Program-made: the position numbers and the translations under genes
In this document: positions 51,955 through 61,989 of the stretch, in pieces
How the letters are laid out: the number at the start of each line of letters is the position of its first letter
Numbering within the stretch: the stretch's first letter is position 1
Assembly: GCF_036365525.1 (NCBI RefSeq)
Contig: NC_090403.1
Coordinates: 57,971,095-58,035,094, forward strand
Reading direction: 5' to 3'
Length of the DNA stretch: 64,000 nt
From: Heterodontus francisci
Lineage: Eukaryota
The notes under the pieces: model-generated
Told to the model about the DNA's origin: nothing
What the model saw: only the letters and a program-made list of their open reading frames with translations
The model's database searches: none

Positions 51955-53248
51955 AAACAAAGAACAAAGAACAGTACAGCACAGGAACAGGCCATTCGGC
52001 CCTCCAAGCCTGCGCCGATCTTGATGCCTGCCTAAACTAAAACCTTCTGCACTTCCGGGGACCGTATCCCTCTATTCCCATCCTATTCATGTATTTATCA
52101 AGCTGCCTCTTAAACGTCGCTATCGTATCTGCTTCCACCACCTCCCCCGGCAGCAAGTTCCAGGCACTCACCACCCTCTGTGTAAAGAACATGCCTCGCA
52201 CATCCCCTCTAAACTTTGCCCCTCTCACCTTAAACCTATGTCCCCTAGTAACTGACTCTTCCACCCTGGGAAAAAGCTTCTGACTATCCACTCTGTCCAT
52301 GCCACTCATAACTTTGTAAACCTCTATCATGTCACCCCTCCACCTCCGTCGTTCCAGTGAAAACAATCCGAGTTTATCCAACCTCTCCTCATAGCTAATG
52401 CCCTCCAGACCAGGCAACATCCTGGTAAACCTCCTCTGTACCCTCTCCAAAGCCTCCACATCCTTCTGGTAGTGTGGCAACCAGAATTGCACGTAATATT
52501 CTAAGTGTGGCCTAACTAAGGTTCTGTACAGCTGCAACATGACTTGCCAATTTTTATACTCTATGCCCCGACCAATGAAGGCAAGCATGCCGTATGCCTT
52601 CTTGACTACCGTATCCACTTTCAGTGACCTGTGGACCTGTACGCCCAGATCTCTCTGCCTGCCAATACTCCTAAGGGTTCTGCCATTTACTGTATACTTC
52701 CCACCTGCATTAGACCTTCCAAAATGCATTACCTCACATTTGTCCGGATTAAACTCCATCTGCCATTTCTCCGCCCAAGTCTCCAACCGATCTATATCCT
52801 CCTGTATCCTCTGACAATCCTCATCACTGTCCGCAACTCCACCAACCTTTGTGTCGTCCGCAAACTTACTAATCAGACCAGCTACATTTTCCTCCAAATC
52901 ATTTATATATACTCCAAACAGCAAAGGTCCCAGCACTGATCCCTGCGGAACACCACTAGTCACATCCCTCCATTCAGAAAAGCACCCTTCCACTGCTACC
53001 CTCTGTCTTCGATGACAGAGCCAGTTCTGTATCCAACTTGCCAGCTCACCTCTGATCCCGAGTGACTTCACCTTTTGTACCAGTCTGCCATGAGGGACCT
53101 TGTCAAAGGCTTTACTGAAGTCCATATAGATAACATCCACTGCCCTTCCTTCATCAATCATCTTCGTCACTTCCTCAAAAAACTCAATCAAATTAGTGAG
53201 ACACGACCTCCCCTTCACAAAACCATGCTGCCTCTCGCTAATAAACAA
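51955..53248 (-). mobile_element. CR1-like LINE, 5'-truncated, open RT ORF (403 aa) plus tail
   Basis: [46 protein letters not shown]; (TTCTTTG)n tail. Confidence 0.93.
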
Positions 53249-54420
53249 TTAGCACTGTCCCACATTCTGAAATTTCTACTAATAATCATAATATGTCCAT
53301 CTCCCACAGCTACCTCGACGACACTTCCTCACACCCTGCCTCCTGTAAGGACTCCATTCCATTCTCCCAGTTTCTCCATCTCCCGCGCATCTGCTCTGAT
53401 GATGCTACCTTCCATGACAGCGCTTCTAAAATGTCTTCCTTTTTCTCAACTGAGGATTTCCCCCCACTGTGGTTGACAGGGCCCTCAACCGTGTCCGACC
53501 TATTTCCCACACTTCTGCCCTCACCCCTTCCCCTCCCTCCCAGAACTGCGACAGGGTTCCCCTTGTCCTCAGTTTCCACCCCATCAGCCTCCACATCCAA
53601 AGGATCATCCTCCGCCATTTCCGCCGCCTCCAGCGTGATGCCACTACCAAACGCATCTTCCCCTCCCTTCCCCTGTCAGCATTCCGAAGGGATCGTTCCC
53701 TCCGTGACACCCTGGTCCACTCCTCCATTACCCCCACCACCTAGTCCCCTTCCCATGGCACTTTCCCCTGCAATTGCAGGAGGTGTAATACCTGCCCATT
53801 TACCTCCTCTCTCCTCACTATCCAAGACCCCAAACACTCCTTTCAGGTGAAGCAGTGATTTACTTGTACTTCTTTCAATGTAGTATACTGTATTCGTTGC
53901 TCACAATGTGGTCTCCTCTACATTGGGGAGACCAAACGCAGATTGGGTGACCGCTTTGCGGAACACCTCCACTCAGTCCGCAAGCAGGACCCTGAGCTTC
54001 CGGTTGCTGGCTATTTCAATGCTCCCTCCTGCTCTCAGGCTCACATTTCTGTCCTGGGATTGCTGCAGTGTTCCAGTGAACATCAACGCAAGCTCGAGGA
54101 ACAGCATCTCATTTACCGATTAGGCACACTACAGCCTGCCGGAATGAACATTGAGTTCAATAATTTCAGAGCATGACGGGCCCTTTTTATTTTTAGTTTT
54201 TTCTCTTTTTTATTTGTTTATTTTATTTTAGTTTGTTTCATCATTCATTTTTTTACTCTGTGCCTACCCACTTTTTTGTCTGATTTGCACTTTGGGCCAG
54301 GACTGTTCATTTTTCTGTCATTTAACACCCTCTCTGCACTAACACTTTGTCTTTGAGCACACCATTAACATACCATTTGCCTTTGCTCCATTACCTTCTG
54401 GTCAATTATTCTCTGTGACC

Positions 54421-54733
54421 TAAAGCCTGGCTTGGGTATAAAATTAAAACCCGACCTGGGCCCAACCAGCCAACCCGAACCAGGCCAGAGTCCTTTAATT
54501 GTTTTTAAATGCCCGACTCGACTTGAACCCGACACATGTAGCTGGGTTTGGTTGGGTAGCCAGGCTTTACTGCAGAGTGCGGGGTCCGACTGCATGTTTC
54601 CTGCCGTGACGTCCTGAATGTTCATTTGAAGGTTACTTCCCGGAATAAAGCAGTACTGTCCACGCCCAGCCTGACCCGACCCCGACACATGTCGTCGGGT
54701 CTGGTTGAGTTCGGGTTGGGTAGCCATGCTTTA
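54421..54733. mobile_element. hAT-type MITE nested in the Penelope element
   Basis: TIR TAAAGCCTGGCT/AGCCATGCTTTA; 8-bp TSD CTGTGACC/CTGTGACT; many ACCCGA subterminal motifs. Confidence 0.8.
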
Positions 54734-54829
54734 CTGTGACTCTCTGTCCTATCAACACCTTCCCTTTTGTTATCTCTTGCCCCACTCCCACTTTATTTGC
54801 TGAAAACTTGTTACATTTCTAACCTTTGC

Positions 54830-54866
54830 CAGTTCTGCTGAAGGTCACTGACCTGAAACGTTAACT
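54830..54866 (+). ncRNA. Minimal type-I hammerhead-ribozyme-like motif (one core mismatch)
   Basis: CAGTT-CTGCTGA-AGGTC act GACCT-GAA-ACGT-T-AACT: stem I AGUU/AACU, stem II 5 bp, palindromic ACGU stem III. Confidence 0.6.
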
Positions 54867-55721
54867 CTGTTTCTCTCTCCACAGATGCTGCCAGACCTGC
54901 TGAGTATTTCGAGCAATCCTTGTTTTTATCCCACATTCTGTATTCCCGACACTGCCTGTGCTGCCATTTCTGTTCTCTATTGATTTAATGTTTACTTGTT
55001 TATCTCAAGTGCTAATTTGCTTTCTTCTAATGCTAAATAAATTTATCCCATTAGTTCTATTCACTTTATATACTCTGGCTCCCGTTCCCATTCCCACTCC
55101 TATTCCTCATCTCGCTTCAGTTCCGGTTCCAGCTCCTGTTCCCGCTGCTACCTTAGTTACTGCTCCACTTATTAAAATGCAGTCCCCGCCATTTAAAACA
55201 TCCATGTTTAAAACAGCCAGTCACATATCGGTCCAAAAGTCATGATCATTATCCAGTTGTGTTGACATCAGTTTCAGAGTTGGTTAAAGTCTTTGCTTCA
55301 CTTCACTGAGTGACATTCAATCAGACAAGCTGCAAGATAAATGCAGGAATCTCTCCGCTTTGATAAATGTATTTCAGCAAAAATGAAGTTTTGTTTAACT
55401 GAAGTCACAGAAACTTCAGCTGCAAAGCCAAGAAAATCCAACTGACTTGTGGTTATCGGCAGGTCCAAAGCAGGTTAAGAATTGACGTTAATAAATGCCT
55501 TAGAAATCAATATGAGAATTTAACTTTTGTAAATAATCTTAATACACAAGACATGTACTGAGCAATAGATTATTTAATCTATAAATTATAAATGTGTGCA
55601 GGTGTGCAGGGACGTTGCTCAAATCCCAAGGCTGTGAGTACAGAAGAGTTCTGGGTAACCTCCCAAAGACTGTAAAAGCTCACTTAAAAGTGTTGCACAT
55701 ATTAAAGGTGGAACAATTGTG

Positions 55722-57790
55722 GTTCTCTCTGCACCTCCTTCCCCCTCTCTGCACCTCCTTCCCCCTCTCTGCACCTCCTTCCCCCTCTCTGCACCTCCTT
55801 CCCCCTCTCTGCACCTCCTTCCCCCTCTCTGCACCTCCTTCCCCCTCTCTGCACCTCCTTCCCTCTCTCTGCACTGCCTTCCCTCTCTCTGCACCGCCTT
55901 CCCTCTCTCTGCACCTCCTTCCCCCTCTCTGCACCTCCCTCCCCCTCTCTGCACCTCCCTCCCCCTCTCTGCACCTCCTTCCCCCTCTCTGCACCTCCCT
56001 CCCCCTCTCTGCACCGCCTTCCCCCTCTCTGCACCGCCTTCCCCCTCTCTGCACCGCCTTCCCCCTCTCTGCACCTCCTTCCCCCCCTCTCTGCACCTCC
56101 TTCCCCCCCTCTCTGCACCTCCTTCCCCCTCTCTGCACCTCCTTCCCCCTCTCTGCACCTCCTTCCCTCTCTCTGCACCTCCTTCCCTCTCTCTGCACCT
56201 CCTTCCCTCTCTCTGCACCTCCTTCCCTCTCTCTGCACCGCCTTCCCTCTCTCTGCACCGCCTTCCCTCTCTCTGCACCTCCTTCCCTCTCTCTGCACCT
56301 CCTTCCCTCTCTCTGCACCTCCTTCCCTCTCTCTGCACCGCCTTCCCTCTCTCTGCACCTCCTTCCCCCTCTCTGCACCTCCTTCCCCCTCTCTGCACCT
56401 CCTTCCCCCTCTCTGCACCTCCTTCCCTCTCTCTGCACCTCCTTCCCTCTCTCTGCACCTCCTTCCCTCTCTCTGCACCGCCTTCCCTCTCTCTGCACCG
56501 CCTTCCCTCTCTCTGCACCTCCTTCCCCCTCTCTGCACCGCCTTCCCTCTCTCTGCACCTCCTTCCCTCTCTCTGCACCGCCTTCCCTCTCTCTGCACCT
56601 CCTTCCCTCTCTCTGCACCGCCTTCCCTCTCTCTGCACCGCCTTCCCTCTCTCTGCACCTCCTTCCCCCTCTCTGCACCGCCTTCCCTCTCTCTGCACCT
56701 CCTTCCCCCTCTCTGCACCTCCTTCCCCTTCTCTGCACCTCCTTCCCTCTCTCTGCACCTCCTTCCCTCTCTCTGCACCTCCTTCCCCCTCTCTGCACCT
56801 CCTTCCCTCTCTCTGCACCTCCTTCCCTCTCTCTGCACCGCCTTCCCTCTCTCTGCACCTCCTTCCCCCTCTCTGCACCTCCTTCCCCCTCTCTGCACCT
56901 CCTTCCCCCTCTCTGCACCTCCTTCCCCCTCTCTGCACCTCCTTCCCCCTCTCTGCACCTCCTTCCCCTTCTCTGCACCTCCTTCCCTCTCTCTGCACCT
57001 CCTTCCCTCTCTCTGCACCTCCTTCCCTCTCTGCACCTCCTTCCCTCTCTCTGCACCTCCTTCCCCCTCTCTGCACCTCCTTCCCTCTCTCTGCACCTCC
57101 TTCCCTCTCTCTGCACCTCCTTCCCTCTCTCTGCACCTCCTTCCCTCTCTCTGCACCTCCTTCCCCTTCTCTGCACCTCCTTCCCTCTCTCTGCACCGCC
57201 TTCCCTCTCCCTGCACCTCCTTCCCCCTCCCTGCACCTCCTTCCCCCTCCCTGCACCTCCTTTTCCCCCTCCCTGCACCTCCTTTTCCCCCTCCCTGCAC
57301 CTCCTTTTCCCCCTCCCTGCACCTCCTTTTCCCCCTCCCTGCACCTCCTTTTCCCCCTCTCTGCACCTCCTTCTCCCCCTCTCTGCACCTCCTTCTCCCC
57401 CTCTCTGCACCTCCTTCTCCCCCTCTCTGCACCTCCTTCTCCCCCTCTCTGCACCTCCTTCTCCCCCTCTCTGCACTTCCTTCTCCCCCTCTCTGCACTT
57501 CCTTCTCCCCCTCTCTGCACTTCCTTCTCCCCCTCTCTGCCCCTCCCTCTCCCCTTCTGCGCCTCCCTCTCCCCTTCTGCGCCTCCCTCTCCCCCTCTCT
57601 GCACCTCCTTCCCCCTCCCTGCACCTCCTTTTCCCCCTCCCTGCACCGCCTTCCCTCTCCCTGCACTTCCTTCTCCCCCTCTCTGCACTTCCTTCTCCCC
57701 CTCTCTGCACTTCCTTCTCCCCCTCTCTGCCCCTCCTTCTCCCCAACTCTGCGCCTCCTTCTCCCCAACTCTGCGCCTCCCTCTCCCCCT
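55722..57790. repeat. 20-bp polypyrimidine minisatellite (CTCTCTGCACCTCCTTCCCY)n
   Basis: Directly visible; source of the 700-800 aa spurious ORFs. Confidence 0.97.
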
Positions 57791-57879
57791 CTCACCAAAT
57801 GTCAATGTTAAAGTCTGTACTCTGTCTGCAGCTCATGCTGCAGTGTCAGCTGGGTGTATCCGGGATCAGAGTTCATCCT

Positions 57880-58640
57880 GGGTCAGACCAGAGCCCAGGT
57901 CAGAGTGTATCCATCTCTCCAATCAGGTTTTTGTCTCTGCCACTGTACCGAAACAGCTCCTATAAAAGACACAAATGACATCCTATGCAACTGTGGCAAA
58001 GGTAAACTATCGCTCCTCATCCTTCACAACCTGTCTACAGCCTTTGACATGGTTGACCACACCATCCTCCTCCAAAACCTCTCCACTGTCGTCCAGTTGG
58101 GTGGGACTGCACTCACTTGGTTCCATTCTTATCTATTAAATTGTAGCCAGAGAATAGCCTACAATGACTTCTCTTCCTGCTCTCATTCACCCATCACCCC
58201 TGTGCTTGCTGACCTACATTAGCTCCCGGTCAAACAAAATCTTGATTTTAAAATTCTTATCCTTGTTTTCAAATCCCTCCATTGCCTGGCCCCTCCCTTT
58301 CTCTGTCACCTCCTCCAGCCCCACAACCCTCCGCGATATCTGCATTCATCTAATTCCAACCTCTTGAGCATCTCTGATTTTAATCACTCTACCATTGGCG
58401 GTCGTGCCTTCAGCTGCCTGGGCCCCAAGCTCTGGAATTTGCTCCCTAAACCTCTCCACCTCTCTATTTCTCCACCTCTCTCTCTGCCTTTAAGACCACT
58501 TTGACTAAGCTTTTGGTCATCTGACCTAATATATCTTTGTGGCTCGGTGTCAAATGTTGTTTTACAATGCTTCTGTGAAGTGTCTTGGATGCTTTAAAGT
58601 GTTAAAGGCGCAATATAAATATAAGTTGTTTTTGTTGTAT
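57880..58640 (+). mobile_element. L2-like LINE remnant with internal deletion
   Basis: LSTAFDMVDHTILLQNL..TALTWFHSYL joined to HSPITPVLADLH; tail AAAGGCGCAATATAAATATAAG. Confidence 0.75.
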
Positions 58641-59444
58641 CCCAGATCAGATTATATCTTGGGGTTAAATTTTGGGTTATAGTTTGTCAGATCTGTGGTT
58701 TGGGATGTGAAGCTGGTAAATTGTTACTGTGTTTCTGCACTGATAATGTGAGCTGATCCTTCACCTCCTGTACAGGGCTGCCTCTGGCAGAGATCTTATC
58801 AGCTCCAGTTATCAGTTTAACACAACAATAACTTGACATGGATTTCAACAACTCTCTGTGATTATATTATAAAGATTTGATAAAGTGAAGAGGCGCCAAG
58901 CAGGAGAGGGGAGTCATTTAGAATTTGGTAACGTCATTACACAAGATGGCCAACACATTTCCTGCACACTCACATCTCCATCTAACTGGACTTACAAATA
59001 ACAGATACAAAACAGAGTTGGGAAATAATACAGTTACAGATTTTTATAGATAAGAAAATTGTCACAAGCTGAATTGTGTTGCTTGAAACAGAACACTGAG
59101 CATGTCTCATTGCTAAAGGACATTGTCCATTGGGGTTAATTGAACATTCACTGTCCTAATGTGATTGAAAAGACTCCTGATATGACACAGGCTCAACACA
59201 TTTTGCACATTTCACCTTTATTACATTTGCTGCAAAAAGCATTGTGTTGATAAAACTCTCGTTTGGTATACATGACAAAACTGTCCTCTCACTCCTGAAA
59301 CAAGGTGTTGAGGGCACTATCCCACACAGTCATTGTCGCCCTCCCTCCGCGCTGCCCTCCCTCTGCACTGCACTCCCTCCGCCCTTCTCCATGTCACCCT
59401 CCCTCCATGCAGGTGAAACTGTTTCCAGTGGCAGGAGGGTCATA

Positions 59445-61125
59445 CACACATATGAATTAGGAGCAGGAATAGGCCACTCGGCCCTTCGAGCCTGCTCCAT
59501 CATTCAATAAGTTCATGGCTGAACCTCAACTCCACATTTCCACCTACCCCCGATAACCTTCCACCCCCTTGCTTATCAAGAATCTATCTCCTTCAGCCTT
59601 AAAAATATTCAAAGGCTGTTTTCACTGCCTTTTGAGGAAGAGAATTCCAAAGACTCACGACCCTCTGAGAGAAAAAAATTCTCCTCATCTCTGTTCTAAA
59701 TGGGTGACCCCTTATTTTTAAACAGTGACCCCTAGTTCTAGATTCTCCCACAAGGGGAAACATCCTTTCCACATCCACCCTGTCAAGACCCCTCAGGATC
59801 TTATATGTTTCAATCAAGTCACCTTTTACTCTTCTGAACTCCAGCGGATACGAGCCTAGCCTGTCCAATCTTTCCTCATAAGACAGCCCGCCCATTCCAG
59901 GTATTAGTCTAGTAAACCTTCTCTGAACTGCTTCCAACACATTTACATCCTTCCTTAAATAAGGAGACCAATACTGTACACAGTACTCCAGATGTGGTCT
60001 CACCAATGCCCTGTATAGCTGAAGCATAACCTCCCTACTTTTGTATTCAATTCCCCTCGCAATAAACAATAACATTCTATTAGCTTTCCTAATTAAGTGC
60101 TGAACCTGCATACTAACCTTTTGTGATTCATGCACTAGGACACCCAGATCTCTCTGCATCTCAGAGCTCTGCAATCTCTCACCATTTAGATAATATGCTT
60201 CTTTTTTATTCTTCCTACCAAAGTGAACAATTTCGCACTTTTCCACATTATACTCCATTTGTCAGATCTTTGCCCACTCACTTAACCTATCTGTATCCCT
60301 TTGTAGCCTCCTTATGTCCTCTTCACAACTTACTTTCCTACCTATCTTTGTGTCATCAGCAAATTTAGCAATCATACCTTCGGTCCCTTCATCCAAGTCA
60401 TTTATATAAATTGTAAAAAATTGAGGCCCCAGCACAGATCCCTGTGGCACACCACTCGTTACATCTTACCAACTGGAAAATGACCCATTTATGCCTACTC
60501 TCTGTTTCCTGTGAGCTAGCCAATCTTCTATCTATGCCAATATGTTACCTAAAGGCCTGCTCGGGTCTGCAAATGAAACTCAACCTAAGCCCAACAGAAC
60601 CACATCCGACCCGGCTCGAGTCCTTTCATTTTTTCCCACGCCCGACCTGACCTGACCTGACCACCGGAATAAAGTTGGTTATATTAAAGAGATTGTGCTC
60701 TACCTTCGATGGAATCGCTCGCTGCAGACTAGTGCGGAGTGTTTCCCGGCTTGACGTCCTGGCTGTCACTGTGTCCGACCTGAGCCCAAATGCCGGACCC
60801 GGAAGAGTGACCCGATCCGAACCCGACACATGTCGTTGGGTCCCATTGCGTTCGGGTCGGGTAGCCTTGCTCTAATGTTACCCCCATACCATGAGCTTTT
60901 ATTTTGTGCAATACCCTTTCATGTGGCACCTTATCAAATGCCTTCTGAAAATGCTATAAGGTCTTTAAGAATAGCTTCCTACATTTTCCAGATGACAGAT
61001 GTTAGGCTAACTGGCCTGTAGTTTCCTGTTTTCTGTCTTCCCTCTCTTTTTGAATAAAGGCGTTACATTTGCTATTTTCCAATCTAACGGAACTTTCCCA
61101 GAATCTAAGGAATTTTAGAAATTTT
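59445..61125 (-). mobile_element. CR1-like LINE remnant interrupted by a MITE
   Basis: [34 protein letters not shown]; similarity continues beyond 60875. Confidence 0.88.
60550..60874. mobile_element. hAT-type MITE (same family as 54421-54733)
   Basis: Perfect 8-bp TSD ATGTTACC (60542-60549 and 60875-60882); ends TAAAGGCC.../...GCCTTGCTCTA; shared CCCGACACATGTCG core. Confidence 0.85.
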
Positions 61126-61129
61126 GGGT

Positions 61130-61410
61130 CAGTAACCAGAGGACACAGATTTAAGATAATCAGCAAAGGAACAGGAGGGGAGATGAGGAGAATGTTTTTT
61201 CCGCAGTGAGTATTTGTGATCTGGAATGTGCTGCCTGAAAGGGCAGTGGAAACAGATTCAATAATAACTTTCTAAAGGAAATTGGATAAATATTTGATGG
61301 GGATTGAATTGCAGGGTTATGGGGAAAGAGCAGCAGAATGGGACTAATTGGATGCTCTTTCAAAGAGACAGCACAGGCAGAATGGGCCGAATGGGCTCCT
61401 CCTGTGCTCT
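61130..61410 (+). mobile_element. CR1-like 3' end
   Basis: TRGHRFK codons, GGAGATGAGGAGAATG, tail GGGCCGAATGGGCTCCTCCTGTGCT. Confidence 0.7.
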
Positions 61411-61594
61411 CAGATTCTGAGCTTGTTTCGCAGTTGCAGTCAGGGGCCAAGCGGACAAAGTTCCTGAACAATCTGCTGTCATTCCTGGGCTCAGTCTGAC
61501 TCGGAGCCGCTCTCACTGATTCTGGCTCCGGATTAATGCGGATTCCCGGTGGAGACATCGCCCTTCTCCCGGGACTGAGTGTGCATTTAGACGG

Positions 61595-61637
61595 TGATAA
61601 CACGGCCCGAAAATAGCCCCCAGCCGGGTTATATAAA
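61595..61637 (+). promoter_or_regulatory. TCAP core promoter: GATA site, MEF2-like site, TATA box
   Basis: TGATAA 61595-61600, CCGAAAATAG 61607-61616 (imperfect MEF2), TATATAAA 61630-61637. Confidence 0.6.
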
Positions 61638-61751
61638 CGCCGCTTTCGTGGCCAACACAGACAGAGTGAAATGTGAGGGTGCTCTCGGCACAGAAACTCC
61701 TCATCGCCTGAAGCTGACATCGCCACAGTGACAGGGAGATCCCAGGCTGGG

Positions 61752-61870
61752 ATGGAGCTGTCCCCAAGAGCAATTCTCAGCTCCTCACTCAATGAGGAGA
61801 ACAGACAGAGTCAAGAGTTTTACACGGCACAATGGGAGGACCAGGTCATGAAAACTCGGCCTCAGGACCG
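61752..61870 (+). CDS. TCAP: TCAP (telethonin) exon 1; exon 2 lies outside the window
   Basis: MELSPRAILSSSLNEENRQSQEFYTAQWEDQVMKTRPQD(R)|gtgagt resembles the telethonin N-terminus (LSC.V.EEN..R.E.F.AEW.DL...TRPE); phase-2 donor; adjacent to PNMT as in human. Confidence 0.88.
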
Positions 61871-61989
61871 GTGAGTTTACACCGATCATCAGTGGTTCAG
61901 GTGGGAGAGAGGAAGCGTTTGTCAGTGGGGCAGGACAGCACTGAGAGATTGAAGAATAACTGGCTGCAGAGCCAAGGATGACTCAGTAA

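Larger units (their letters stand above)
53293..54930 (+). mobile_element. Penelope-like element 3' part (RT thumb, GIY-YIG endonuclease, terminal repeat), degenerate
   Basis: SHPASCKDSIPFSQF; VYCIRCSQCGLLYIGETKRRLGDRFAEH..RKLEEQHLIYRLGTLQPAGMNIEF. Confidence 0.88.

Noticed and set aside
55594-57978. 688-794 aa repetitive ORFs
   Set aside because: Translation of a 20-bp pyrimidine minisatellite
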